From Flavobacterium sp. (GTDB lineage: Bacteria > Bacteroidota > Bacteroidia > Flavobacteriales > Flavobacteriaceae): DNA of 64,000 bases. Position 1 is the first letter of the stretch, and each line of letters opens with the position of its first letter. The position numbers and the translations under genes are program-made. Below, piece after piece: positions 22,801 to 33,300 of this stretch. The notes under the pieces are model-generated. The model did not search any database, was not told where the DNA came from, and saw only the letters and a list, made by a program, of their open reading frames with translations. The stretch is from positions 603 through 64,602 of the forward strand of contig JBLIJW010000002.1 in assembly GCA_047636155.1 (NCBI GenBank). The letters are read 5' to 3'.

Positions 22801-22892
22801 AAACACAAACTATTCAAACCAACTCTTTAAAAACCGGAATCTATATCTTAAAAACAGAAGATGGAATGTCACAAAAATTGATTTTAAAATAA
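19848..22892 (+). CDS. T9SS-secreted choice-of-anchor I family protein with Ig-like and Calx-beta domains
   Basis: Signal peptide; DTTPP Ig-like start; Calx-beta-like TANEN..DDTLAE; ANEGQP, DPEGSVS, ANEGDEKDY, GTRSF, RSRAKGPEPEG and GPEG motifs; T9SS CTD IFPNPA..GIYILK..QKLILK. Confidence 0.9.
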   Translation: MKHNYFYSVLLFGLFFFIPKLNYAQNVIHYWNFNNNASVATITTPSNSLVSGASITAQISGISAIDFAGGTGQNFNVLNLNAQNSDVSGTHLRFNDPIGSALIFALPTSGYQNIIVKFATRRSGSGAGTQVWSYSNDGTSYTFFANVIPNNGDPALAALDFSTITASNNNPNFKLKVEFQQGTGGTGGNNRFDNFATEGETSNAPDTTPPNAVFSPLTSATNVSTSVVPTITFNENVRLVDNSAITNTNVDALVELRLNNAAGTVVSFDATFSNNVITISPSATLTTSQLYYVALLANTIEDESDNAITTTQNASFTTGSPSISLASNFITANENVGTLSFVLNINSPNNSSVNLVVKPAPFSTADVSDFTLATQTLNFTATSATTQTITIPIIDDTLAEQHAEYFVVSLENPVGMTITGNPSATIYIVDNDTPAIVPSQEIQLDYIGSFDPSGSNTSTCEIVVHDPATQRLFATSATAGFLDIINFSNPTAPTVISSINMNPYGGITSVAVKNGILAVASPNTNEQLSGSVVFFDTNGVFLKQVTVGALPDMIVFTPDGTKVLTANEGQPNDAYTVDPEGSVSIINISGGIANLTQANVSTLDFQSFNSQEATLIAAGIRKVKSSSALSQDLEPEYITISADSQKAFVAIQENNAIAEINLATTTISDLWALGTKDVSLPGNGMDISDTNGQALIANWPMKAYYNPDGIANYTVNGTTYLVTANEGDEKDYGGFTERTTVGATAYTLDAAIYPNASVLKQTYNMGRMRVTNASGNLDADVDFEQISCLGTRSFAIFNTTTKQLVYDSGDSMESYTLANFPTLFNSDHGSNSPKNRSRAKGPEPEGVIVSKIGNETFAFITLERIGGVMVYNITNPNSPVFVDYKNTRSTSAYSGDNGPEGIIYISAENSPTPKGYVIVANEISGTLTIFEVNTTNLANSTFENNTKTFAIFPNPANQDGTVYFNRTADVDVYDMNGKKVLSQKQTQTIQTNSLKTGIYILKTEDGMSQKLILK

Positions 22893-22915
22893 CTTTACTT
22901 TTTTTTAAAACAACC

Positions 22916-22947
22916 AAACCCTGCAATTAATTATTGCAGGGTTTTTT
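22916..22947. terminator. Intrinsic terminator
   Basis: AAACCCTGCAAT-taatt-ATTGCAGGGTTTTTT. Confidence 0.9.
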
Positions 22948-22974
22948 ATGATTTATTATAACCAATACATAATA

Positions 22975-23160
22975 TTAAGATTCGTCTTTAGTAGTTCTAA
23001 CCGAACTAATTCCTGCAAAAAAGAATACGAACCCTAAGATTCCGTAAATTGCTAAACCTTTAATATCTTGCGTATTTCCACCCGTATTTGCAAAAACATA
23101 AGCTGTGTATATTATTCCTAAAATGATTAATATTGCTCCGAAAGTTCTTTTTAAATTCAT
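22975..23160 (-). CDS. Small two-TM membrane protein (conserved Bacteroidetes hypothetical)
   Basis: 61 aa with two hydrophobic helices and a RTTKDES tail. Confidence 0.75.
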   Translation of the reverse strand: MNLKRTFGAILIILGIIYTAYVFANTGGNTQDIKGLAIYGILGFVFFFAGISSVRTTKDES

Positions 23161-23259
23161 CTTAATTTGTATTAGTTAACAGTGTCAAATGTAGTTTGAA
23201 CACGGCGAATACACTTATATTATATCTTTTAAAAATTGTAAAATTATCTACTAAGTTTT

Positions 23260-23386
23260 TTTGCGTGAAGGATAGAGCAATTGTATGAGCTCTTTTGGGT
23301 TTTGGAGTGGAATGGAAAACCCATAAAGCTAGTGCGAAAGCCTGACCAGCTGTTGCGAGGCACGAAGCAAACAAGACACGCTCAAA
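23260..23386. repeat. Structured intergenic element, copy D (variant), with nested hairpins
   Basis: GCGTG pairs with CACGC; inner AGCT..TGGGTTT pairs with AAACCCA..AGCT; second hairpin TGTTGCGAGGCACGAAGCAAACA; GC-rich relative to its flanks. Confidence 0.55.
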
Positions 23387-23446
23387 CAATAAATTAATTA
23401 AAATTTGTATTTAATTTTCTTACTTTTGTTTTCAAAACTCATCATC

Positions 23447-25558
23447 ATGAAAAACTATTTTTCGGTTATTAGTATAATTTCAATTTCATTATCAAGCATG
23501 GCGCAAAATCAAATTTCCTATCCTGAAACTAAAAAAGGAAATACTGTAGATACTTATTTCGGAACTCAAATTCCCGATCCGTATCGCTGGCTGGAAGACG
23601 ATAAATCTGCAGAAACCATGGCTTGGGTAAAAGAGCAAAATGAAGTTACTTACAATTATTTGAGTCAAATTCCGTATCGGGATGCTTTAAAAAATAGACT
23701 GGAAAAATTGTGGAATTACGAAAAAATTGGCGCGCCGTTTCAGGAAGGAAAATATACTTATTTCTATAAAAATGACGGATTGCAAAACCAAAGTGTTTTG
23801 TACAGAAAAGATGCGAAAGGTGTGGAATCGGTCTTTTTGAATCCGAATAGTTTTTCGAAAGATGGAACTTCATCTTTAAGTGGCGTTTATTTTACAAAAG
23901 ATGGTTCGAAGGTTGCATACGGAATTTCGGAAGGCGGAAGCGATTGGAAAAAGGTAATTGTTATAGATTCCGAAACCAAAAAAGTTTTAGAACCAACTTT
24001 AGAAAATATAAAATTTAGCAGCATTTCTTGGAAAGGAAACGAAAGTTATTATTATTCTACTTATGATAAACCGACAGGAAGCCAACTTACTGCTAAGACA
24101 GAACAACACAAATTATTTTATCATAAATTAGGAAACAATCAAGCAGACGATAAAGTGGTTTTTGGAGCCGATATAAAACGCCGTTACGTTGGTGGTTATG
24201 TTTCTAATGATGCCAATTATTTAACAATTACAGCTGCTAATTCCACCTATGGTAACGAGTTGTATATTTTAGATTTAAACGATATCAATGCAAAAATTAA
24301 AACCGTTGTTGCCAACTTTGAAAGCGTAAATAATGTAATTAAAAATGCAGGAACAAAATTATTTATCGCCACTGATTTAAAAGCTCCAAATACAAAAATT
24401 GTTACCGTTGATTTTAAAAATCCGCAGCCAGAAAATTGGAAAGATTTTATCAAAGAAACAGAAAATGCTTTGCGAATTTCTAGCGGAAACAAGTACTTTT
24501 TTGCAAATTATATGAAAGATGCTGTTACGTTTATCCAACAATATGATTACTCAGGGAAATTAATTCGAAACATTAAATTACCTGGCGTAGGAACAGCTTC
24601 TGGCTTTAGCGGAAAAGACAATGAAACCATTTTATATTATTCGTTTACTAATTATACAACGCCAAATTCTACCTACAGTTTTGATACAAAATCGGGAATT
24701 TCAAAATTATACGAAGTGCCAAAAATCGATTTCAAGTCAGATTTATACGAATCTAAGCAAGTGTTTTATGCTTCAAAAGACGGAACAAAAATTCCTATGA
24801 TTATTACCCACAAAAAAGGAATTTCGTTAAACGGAAAAAACCCAACTATTCTTTATGGTTATGGCGGATTTAATGTGAGTTTAACACCAATTTTTAGTAT
24901 CGCAAACGCAGTTTGGATGGAAAATGGAGGGATTTATGCCGTACCAAATCTTCGTGGCGGTGGCGAATATGGTAAAAAATGGCATGATGCAGGAACCAAA
25001 ATGCAAAAGCAAAATGTATTTGATGATTTTATCGCTGCAGCGGAATATTTAATTAAAAACAACTACACAAGTTCTGATTATTTAGCAATTCGTGGCGGAA
25101 GCAACGGTGGTTTATTAGTTGGCTCAACCATGATACAACGGCCAGATTTAATAAAAGTAGCTTTGCCGGCTGTGGGCGTTATGGATATGTTGCGATACCA
25201 TACCTTTACCTCCGGCGCAGGTTGGGCTTACGATTATGGAACTTCAGAAGATTCGGCAGAAATGTTTAATTATATTAAGAATTATTCTCCGGTAAACAAT
25301 GTAAAATCTGGAACCAAATATCCTGCAACTTTAGTAACAACTGGCGATCATGATGATAGAGTTGTTCCTGCGCACAGTTTTAAATTTGCAGCAAAGTTGC
25401 AAGAAAAACAGACCGGAAATAATCCTACATTAATTCGTATTGATATTAACGCTGGTCATGGTGCTGGAAAATCTACAGCGGCGACTATTCAAGAAAATGC
25501 CGACATTCAAGCCTTTACTTTGTACAATATGGGAATTCAAAACTTACCTCAATCATAA
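23447..25558 (+). CDS. Prolyl oligopeptidase (S9A), secreted
   Basis: DPYRWLED, LYGYGGFN, GGSNGG (catalytic Ser), DDRV and AGHG. A TACTTTTG -7 element lies at 23421. Confidence 0.97.
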   Translation: MKNYFSVISIISISLSSMAQNQISYPETKKGNTVDTYFGTQIPDPYRWLEDDKSAETMAWVKEQNEVTYNYLSQIPYRDALKNRLEKLWNYEKIGAPFQEGKYTYFYKNDGLQNQSVLYRKDAKGVESVFLNPNSFSKDGTSSLSGVYFTKDGSKVAYGISEGGSDWKKVIVIDSETKKVLEPTLENIKFSSISWKGNESYYYSTYDKPTGSQLTAKTEQHKLFYHKLGNNQADDKVVFGADIKRRYVGGYVSNDANYLTITAANSTYGNELYILDLNDINAKIKTVVANFESVNNVIKNAGTKLFIATDLKAPNTKIVTVDFKNPQPENWKDFIKETENALRISSGNKYFFANYMKDAVTFIQQYDYSGKLIRNIKLPGVGTASGFSGKDNETILYYSFTNYTTPNSTYSFDTKSGISKLYEVPKIDFKSDLYESKQVFYASKDGTKIPMIITHKKGISLNGKNPTILYGYGGFNVSLTPIFSIANAVWMENGGIYAVPNLRGGGEYGKKWHDAGTKMQKQNVFDDFIAAAEYLIKNNYTSSDYLAIRGGSNGGLLVGSTMIQRPDLIKVALPAVGVMDMLRYHTFTSGAGWAYDYGTSEDSAEMFNYIKNYSPVNNVKSGTKYPATLVTTGDHDDRVVPAHSFKFAAKLQEKQTGNNPTLIRIDINAGHGAGKSTAATIQENADIQAFTLYNMGIQNLPQS

Positions 25559-25579
25559 AATTTTAAACTAAATTAAACA

Positions 25580-25618
25580 AAAATCCCTTTGCAGAATAAA
25601 TTTGCAAAGGGGTTTTTT
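25580..25618. terminator. Bidirectional terminator
   Basis: AAAATCCCTTTGCA..TTGCAAAGGGGTTTT between convergent genes. Confidence 0.8.
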
Positions 25619-25637
25619 AGCTATATTTTAATTCAAT

Positions 25638-26210
25638 TTATTCTTTCTTTTCATTAGCAACCGTAGGAACTGCAGCGGAATTTAATGGCGCACCAACTGC
25701 CAAATCGCAACGATGCCCATTTTCACCATGCGGAGGATTCATTCCTTCTGGCGTAACTGTTGGCGAAGAAACTTTAGTAGTTGTAATTTTTGCTCCGTTA
25801 GAAATTACAGTTCCAGTATTTCCATCAGAACTAATAGTAGTAGAAGTCGGAGAAGCTGCAGCAGTCATTCCAGGTTTAGAATTTAAAGGTGCACCAACTG
25901 CAATATCGCATCGATGGCCGGCTTGACCGTGTGCTGGATTCATTCCCTTTGCTACAGAAACTGGAGCTATAGTATTTGTAGTTTGTGTCGGATTTGTATT
26001 GTAAACCGAATTGGAATTAGAATACATTATAGAATTTTTATCTGTACTTGTATTGTCTACTTCTACTGTTGTGTTTGTAGTTACTGTGCTATCAATTAAA
26101 TCTTCGGTAGTAGTTTGAACAGCAGTTTCTACCGCTTGTTCCTCTGTTGAATCATTATTTTTACAAGCGAATAGGCTAAATGCCAATCCTAAAAAAAGAA
26201 TTTTTTTCAT
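25638..26210 (-). CDS. Lipoprotein with a Thr-rich linker and two NPxHG..GHRCDxAVGAPLNS repeats
   Basis: Lipobox SLFA|C from MKKILF (26210); two 22-aa repeats. Confidence 0.85.
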   Translation of the reverse strand: MKKILFLGLAFSLFACKNNDSTEEQAVETAVQTTTEDLIDSTVTTNTTVEVDNTSTDKNSIMYSNSNSVYNTNPTQTTNTIAPVSVAKGMNPAHGQAGHRCDIAVGAPLNSKPGMTAAASPTSTTISSDGNTGTVISNGAKITTTKVSSPTVTPEGMNPPHGENGHRCDLAVGAPLNSAAVPTVANEKKE

Positions 26211-26390
26211 TTTAATAATATTTAAATTCAAATATAATAATATAAACCAAAATCATAGAATACACTACCAAAAAATTGTCGTAAATATTTAAATTTATTA
26301 TTTACCCCTAAAAAATTAATTAAAAATACATTTAAATTCTATTTTTTTATATTTTTACCCCCAAATAGATAGGGTTAAAAATAAAATATT

Positions 26391-27728
26391 ATGAAAATAG
26401 AAAAGCGCTGGATCATTTCTTTCTTAATAATTTCTACCGTTGCAATTACCGGATTATTTTGGCCGCACCAAAATGCAGTTATAGGTGAATATTTTGATTC
26501 TCAAGAAAATTTAAACTTTGCAGACATTGCTTGGCTTTTGACCGCATCTTGCTTAGTATTATTAATGACTCCGGGCTTGTCTTTTTTTTATGGAGGAATG
26601 GTTGGTAAAAAAAATGTTATTTCTACCATGCTCAAAAGTTTTATTTGCCTTGGCGTAATTAGTTTACTTTGGGTAACTGTTGGTTTTAGTCTTTCTTTCG
26701 GAAGTTCTATTGGAATAAACATCGACGGAAAATTATACGGAATTTTCGGAAATCCACTTGACTTTGCTTTTTTTAATCAAGTAGATGTATTACCAAATAG
26801 GCAATTAGGCGGAACGATTCCATTTATTTTATATGCCTTGTTTCAAATGAAATTCGCTGTAATTACTCCGGCAATTATAACTGGAGCTTTGGCGGAACGG
26901 ATTCGGTTTATTTCATTTTTATTATTCATTTGTCTTTTTACACTACTAATTTACACACCACTTTGCCACATGGTTTGGCATCCAAACGGATTATTAGGAA
27001 GTTACTTTGGTGTAAAAGATTTTGCAGGCGGAACGGTTGTTCACATGAGTGCCGGTTTTGCCGCATTAGCTGGAGTTTTGGTTCTAGGAAAACGCAAAAA
27101 CTCAGAACATATTCCCACTAATATTCCATTTGTGCTTTTAGGAACCGGAATGTTATGGTTTGGTTGGTTTGGCTTTAACGCTGGTTCGGCCTTAGCGGCT
27201 AATTCTACAGCGGCAATGGCATTCGCAACAACCACAATTGCTTCTGCTTCTGCAATGTTAACTTGGGTGTTTTTTGATAGATTAAACGGTCGTAAAGTTT
27301 CTGCTCTTGGCGCATGTATTGGTGCAGTTGTAGGTTTGGTAGTCATTACGCCTTCGGCAGGATTTATAACTATTCCACAAAGTATTTTTTTCGGATTTAT
27401 TGGCGCTATAGTTTCAAATAAAATGGTGTATTGGACAAAACTAAAAGAAATTGATGATACTTTAGACGTTTTTGCCTGTCATGGTGTTGGCGGAATTATG
27501 GGTATGATTTTAACTGCAATTTTTGCACAAGGAGAAAACGCGAGCTTGCTTCACGGTGGATGGATAGTATTCTCACACCACATGATTGCATTAGTTTTAG
27601 TTTCTATGTTTACTTTTGGTGGCGCTTATTTGTTGTTTAAATTTACAAACGCAATTATTCCGTTGCGAGTAAGCGAAGAAGACGAATTAAAAGGTTTAGA
27701 CCAATCGCAACATGGCGAAAAGTTCTAA
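26391..27728 (+). CDS. amt: Ammonium transporter
   Basis: LLMTPGLSFFYGG, DFAGGTVVH, WFGWFGFNAGS, DDTLDVFACHG. Confidence 0.97.
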   Translation: MKIEKRWIISFLIISTVAITGLFWPHQNAVIGEYFDSQENLNFADIAWLLTASCLVLLMTPGLSFFYGGMVGKKNVISTMLKSFICLGVISLLWVTVGFSLSFGSSIGINIDGKLYGIFGNPLDFAFFNQVDVLPNRQLGGTIPFILYALFQMKFAVITPAIITGALAERIRFISFLLFICLFTLLIYTPLCHMVWHPNGLLGSYFGVKDFAGGTVVHMSAGFAALAGVLVLGKRKNSEHIPTNIPFVLLGTGMLWFGWFGFNAGSALAANSTAAMAFATTTIASASAMLTWVFFDRLNGRKVSALGACIGAVVGLVVITPSAGFITIPQSIFFGFIGAIVSNKMVYWTKLKEIDDTLDVFACHGVGGIMGMILTAIFAQGENASLLHGGWIVFSHHMIALVLVSMFTFGGAYLLFKFTNAIIPLRVSEEDELKGLDQSQHGEKF

Positions 27729-27758
27729 CTTTATTTTTCTTATTTTTATGAAAAAATC

Positions 27759-28253
27759 ATGAACCATAAAATACTAATTCTTGTTTTTTGGAGTTCTTTA
27801 GGTTTTTCTCAAAATCTAAAATCTAAAACAGAAATAAACTTAGCCTTAGACTCTTGGCATAAAGCTGCTGCAGATGCAAATTTCGAAAATTATTTCAATC
27901 TTTTAACATACGATGCTGTTTTTATAGGAACTGATGCAACCGAAAATTGGACAAAACCTGAATTCATGAAGTATGCAAAACGCTATTTTGATAAAGGTAA
28001 AGCATGGGGTTTTACATCGCTTGAGCGAAATATTTACTTTTCAACTGATGGTAAAACGGCTTGGTTTGATGAATTATTAAATACACAAATGAAATTATGC
28101 CGAGGAAGTGGCGTGCTTGTAAAAATTAAAAACACTTGGAAATTGAAACATTATGTGCTTTCAATGACCATTCCTAATGACAATACCAACGAAGTGGTTA
28201 CTATAAAATCTGCTGTTGAAAACCCAATGATAAATTCTTTTTTAAAAAAATAA
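27759..28253 (+). CDS. NTF2/SnoaL-like domain protein, secreted
   Basis: LDSWHKAAADANFENYF, FIGTDATENW, AWFDELL, CRGSGVL. Confidence 0.85.
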   Translation: MNHKILILVFWSSLGFSQNLKSKTEINLALDSWHKAAADANFENYFNLLTYDAVFIGTDATENWTKPEFMKYAKRYFDKGKAWGFTSLERNIYFSTDGKTAWFDELLNTQMKLCRGSGVLVKIKNTWKLKHYVLSMTIPNDNTNEVVTIKSAVENPMINSFLKK

Positions 28254-28377
28254 AACTATTATAAATCCAAACAGAATAAATTTTCGTAAATGATTATAAG
28301 AACGATAAAAAACGCTGGTTTTAACTAAATGTTTTAGAATTGGTTTTTGTGATAAAAAGTTTGTTTTGTTTAGAGGG

Positions 28378-28416
28378 AAAAACGCTACTCCAAAATCTTT
28401 TTTGGGTAGCGTTTTT
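28378..28416. terminator. Intrinsic terminator (for the minus-strand tdh)
   Basis: AAAAACGCTAC..GTAGCGTTTTT. Confidence 0.75.
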
Positions 28417-28429
28417 AAATTTATTTAAC

Positions 28430-29380
28430 TTAGTTGTATACGTTTTCTTTCAGTTTCATAAACATTTCTGTGGTCATATTCTTTAAATTATAGTCGTTTT
28501 CCCAATTCCAATCTTTTCTTGCAAAAGAATCATCAATACTTGCTGGCCAACTATCGGCAATTTTTTGACGGAAATCAGGATCATAATCTATCGTAAATTC
28601 TGGATAATGCTTTTTAATTTCTTCTGCAATTTCTGCAGGAGTAAAAGTCATTGCGGCCAAATTATAAGACGAGCGAATTTTAATTTCATTTTCATCTGCT
28701 TTCATTATTTGAATTGTGGCTTTAATCGCGTCGTCCATATACATCATCGGTAACGCTGTTTTGTCAGATAAAAAACAAGTGAACTTTCCGTCTGTTATTG
28801 CTTTATGAAAAATATCTACTGCATAATCTGTAGTTCCGCCACCAGGTTCTGTACTCCAACTAATTAAACCAGGATAACGAATACTTCTAACATCAACTCC
28901 ATATTGCTTGTTATAATATTCGCACCAACGTTCTCCTGTTTGCTTACTAATTCCGTACACAGTTGAAGGTTCCATTATGGTATATTGTGGCGTATTTGTA
29001 GCTGGCGTAGTTTTTCCGAAAACGGCAATACTTGATGGCCAAAATATTTTTTTAATTTTACCCGATTTCGCCAAATTCAAAACATGAAAAAGCGAATTCA
29101 TATTTAAATCCCAAGCAAATGCAGGGTTTTTTTCGGCTGTAGCCGATAACAAAGCAGCCATTAAATAAACATCGGTAATCTCATATTGCTCTACTAAATG
29201 TTCAATTTGATTGTAATCTAATGCATTTACAACTTCAAAAATTCCGTTATTAACAATGTCATTATTTAGTTTTCTAATGTCAGAAGCGATTACGTTTTCC
29301 TCGCCATATTCTGCCCGAAGTTTTGCCGTTAATTCGGTACCAATTTGTCCGCAAGCACCAATTATTAATATTTTTGTCAT
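28430..29380 (-). CDS. L-threonine 3-dehydrogenase (SDR, NAD-dependent epimerase-like)
   Basis: IIGACGQIG, LLSATAE, PSSIAVFG, YGISK and PGGGTTDYAV are typical of SDR-type ThrDH. Confidence 0.88.
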   Translation of the reverse strand: MTKILIIGACGQIGTELTAKLRAEYGEENVIASDIRKLNNDIVNNGIFEVVNALDYNQIEHLVEQYEITDVYLMAALLSATAEKNPAFAWDLNMNSLFHVLNLAKSGKIKKIFWPSSIAVFGKTTPATNTPQYTIMEPSTVYGISKQTGERWCEYYNKQYGVDVRSIRYPGLISWSTEPGGGTTDYAVDIFHKAITDGKFTCFLSDKTALPMMYMDDAIKATIQIMKADENEIKIRSSYNLAAMTFTPAEIAEEIKKHYPEFTIDYDPDFRQKIADSWPASIDDSFARKDWNWENDYNLKNMTTEMFMKLKENVYN

Positions 29381-29547
29381 AAAGCGAGATTAGTTTGTTA
29401 GCACAAAGATAGTAATTTGATAAAGTTGCCTTTTACAGAATTAGTTAAATTTACATACGAGAAATGTTTTAGTTTCATTTTTTTATACCTTTTTTAGCAT
29501 ATAATATACTGCGTGTTTCGTACTTTTGTACATCATACTTTTGATTT

Positions 29548-30183
29548 ATGAAAATTTCTGTTTTTGTAGTACTTCTTTTTGCTTTTGTTTTACAATCTTG
29601 CCAAGATGTTAATGAAAATCGCTTGGCGGAACAAAAAAAAGAAGCCCAAAAAAAAGAGGTTGTATTTGATAAAATTAGTCAGTCTTGGGTTTTTGATGTT
29701 TATTATCTAGAACCACAAACGCAAAACAAAATTAATAATTGGATGGAGTGGCGAATGTTTGTTACAGAGATAAATCAAAAACCAAAAAGTACCATCGGTG
29801 CTTTTCAAAAAAAAGCTAGCATCCTTTCCAAACGTGTCGACGAACTTTCGGCAACAATTCCAACTGAATTTAATAAAGCAAATGTTCGCAGCCGAATTAC
29901 GGTTTTAACCACAAAAGTAAAAATGCTTGATTTATATATTCATCTAAATCAAATTCCGCCAGAAAAAGTAATTAAATTTATAGCAGAAATAAATAAAGAA
30001 ATTATTTCGTTTCAAGATCAACTAGAAGAAATTGTTATCCGAAGTGAAATTCCTAAAGAAATTGGCGAACCCGATTTTATAAAAATGAAAGATACGTCAC
30101 GAGCAATACCTAAAATAGTACCAGAAGATAACACCACCGTTTTTAGAAAAAAAGGCGCTAAATTTGTACCAGAAATTAAGTAG
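29548..30183 (+). CDS. Hypothetical lipoprotein
   Basis: Lipobox LQS|C, helical body; TACTTTTG -7 element at 29521. Confidence 0.8.
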   Translation: MKISVFVVLLFAFVLQSCQDVNENRLAEQKKEAQKKEVVFDKISQSWVFDVYYLEPQTQNKINNWMEWRMFVTEINQKPKSTIGAFQKKASILSKRVDELSATIPTEFNKANVRSRITVLTTKVKMLDLYIHLNQIPPEKVIKFIAEINKEIISFQDQLEEIVIRSEIPKEIGEPDFIKMKDTSRAIPKIVPEDNTTVFRKKGAKFVPEIK

Positions 30184-30359
30184 CTAAAATTTAAAAAGCG
30201 CTGCTTTTTTCTGAATATTATATTAAAAATACGAACACAAATTATATCTAAATGCGATAATTAACATTAGCAAATTAGATAAAATTTGTGTTTAACTAGT
30301 TTAAAAAAATAAAACACAATAAAATACTAAGTTATAAATCAAACTTTAAAATACCAAAT

Positions 30360-33300
30360 TTGAGTAAATTAGCTGTAGAATCGATATATCAAAAATCTGC
30401 CAAATTAGAGGCGTTGGCAAAACAATTACTCCAACCCAATTCTAAAATTAGCTGTAAAGGATTGCTCGGTTCTTCTTTGTCTTTCGCTTTAAAAACCCTT
30501 TTTGAAAAAACAGAACTTCCTTTTTTATTATTATTTAATGATAAAGAAGAAGCCGCGTTTTATTTAAATGATTTAGAAAACTTAATTAACGACCAAGATG
30601 TACTTTTTTATCCTGGTTCGTATCGTCGTGCTTACCAAATTGATGATGTGGATAATGCCAATGTTTTGCTTCGTGCCGAAGTGTTGAACCGAATAAATTC
30701 TCGTAAAAAACCAGCAATTATTGTTTCGTATGCCGAGGCAATTTTTGAGAAAGTGGTTACTCGAAAAGAATTAGAAAAAAATACTTTTAAAATTTCTATT
30801 TCTGATAAATTGGCAATTGATTTTGTAAACGAAATTTTGTTTGAGTACAATTTTAAACGAGTAGATTTTGTAACCGAACCAGGGGAATTTTCTGTTCGAG
30901 GCGGAATTGTAGATGTCTTTAGTTTTTCAAATGACAATCCGTACCGTATTGAGTTTTTTGGAAACGAAGTCGATTCTATCCGAAGTTTTGATGTAGAAAC
31001 CCAATTATCTATTGAAAGATTAAAGAAAATATCTATCATTCCGAATGTCGAAAATAAATTTTTTGAAGAAAATAGAGAAAGTTTTTTAGAATACATTTCC
31101 AATAAGTCGATTATTTTTATTCAAAACACCAATAATTTACTAGAACAACTAGACAAAGCTTTTGCAAATGCAACCGATGCTTTTGAAAAACTTTCTAAAG
31201 ACATTAAACACGCTAAACCAGAAGAAATATTTATTAACAGCCAACAATTTTTAGATAAAGTCGAAAAATTATCAGTGACCGAATTAGGTTATTCTCCGCT
31301 ATATAAAAATTCGTTTAGAACAGAATTTTTCATTAAACCGCAACCTTCTTTTAATAAACAGTTTGACTTATTATTAAATAATTTAATCGAAAATTATTCT
31401 GACGGAATTAAGAATTTCCTTTTTTGCTCTAACGATAACCAAGCCAATCGATTTAAAGAAATTTTTGAAGATATTGACGAATCAAATTCAGAAAGTATTT
31501 TAAAAAAATACAAATCAGTTGTCTTTCCGCTTTATCAAGGATTTATAGATGAAGAAGCTCAAATTGCTTGTTATACTGACCATCAAATATTTGAACGTTA
31601 CCACAAATTCAATATTAAAAATGGCTATTCTAAAAAGCAAACCATAACTTTAAAAGAGTTGACTTCGCTTTCTGTTGGCGATTATGTAACACATATCGAT
31701 CACGGAATTGGTCGCTTTGGCGGATTACAAAAAATTCAGGTAGAAGGCAAAACCCAAGAAGCTATAAAATTAGTTTATGCAGATAATGATATTGTTTATG
31801 TAAGCATTCATTCGTTACATAAAATTTCAAAATATAACGGAAAAGATGGCGCGCCGCCAAAAATTTATAAATTAGGTTCTGGCGCATGGAAGGCATTAAA
31901 AAATAAAACAAAAGCACGAGTAAAACATATTGCTTTTAATTTAATTCAGTTATATGCTAAACGAAAATTAGAACGAGGTTTTGCCTGTAAACCAGATAGT
32001 TATTTGCAAAAAGAATTAGAAAGCTCGTTTATATATGAAGATACGCCAGATCAAATAACATCAACCCACGATGTAAAAATGGATATGGAAAACGATCGTC
32101 CGATGGATAGATTGGTTTGTGGTGATGTTGGTTTTGGAAAAACAGAGGTTGCCATTCGTGCTGCATTTAAAGCCGTTGACAACGGAAAACAAGTTGCTAT
32201 TTTAGTACCAACCACAATTTTAGCCTACCAACATTACCGAACTTTTACAGAAAGGTTAAAAGAAATGCCTGTAACTATTGGCTATTTAAACCGATTTAGA
32301 ACGGCAAAAGAAAAAGCAGAAACCATAAAAGAATTAGGAGAAGGAAAGTTAGATATTATAATAGGAACACACCAATTAGTTAATAAAAAAGTTGTTTTTA
32401 AAGATTTAGGGTTATTGGTTATTGACGAGGAACAAAAATTTGGAGTAAACGTTAAAGACAAACTAAAAACTATTTCTGCCAATGTAGATACATTGACTTT
32501 AACCGCTACGCCAATTCCGAGAACTTTGCAATTTTCTCTAATGGCAGCGCGTGATTTATCGGTTATTACAACGCCACCGCCAAACCGTTATCCGATAGAA
32601 ACTAATGTAGTTGGTTTTAATGAAGAGTTAATTCGCGATGCAATTTCGTATGAAATTCAAAGAAACGGTCAGGTTTTCTTTATCAATAATAGAATAGAAA
32701 ACATTAAGGAATTTGCAGGAATGATTCAGCGTTTGGTTCCAGATGCGCGAGTAGGAATTGGTCATGGACAATTGGACGGAAAAAAGCTTGAGGAATTAAT
32801 GCTTGCTTTCATGAATGGTGAATTTGATGTTTTGGTTGCCACAACCATTATTGAAAGTGGTTTGGATGTACCAAATGCTAATACTATTTTCATTAACAAC
32901 GCCAATAATTTCGGATTGTCTGATTTGCACCAAATGCGTGGTCGGGTTGGTCGAAGCAATAAAAAAGCTTTTTGTTACTTTATTTGTCCGCCATATTCTG
33001 CAATGACAGATGATGCTAGAAAACGAATTCAGGCTTTAGAACAATTTTCTGAATTAGGTAGCGGATTTAACATCGCCATGAAAGATTTAGAAATTCGCGG
33101 CGCAGGAGATTTGCTTGGTGGCGAACAAAGTGGTTTTATAAACGATATTGGTTTTGACACTTATCAAAAAATCATGAATGAAGCCATTGAAGAATTAAAA
33201 GAAAATGAATTCAAAGATTTATATGAGCAAAATACGGATGTAGAAACAAAAGAATATGTCAAAGATTTGCAGTTTGACACTGATTTTGAATTGTTGTTTC

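Noticed and set aside
23162-23389. 75-aa minus-strand ORF
   Set aside because: It overlaps the structured repeat element, has no protein-like features and is likely spurious.
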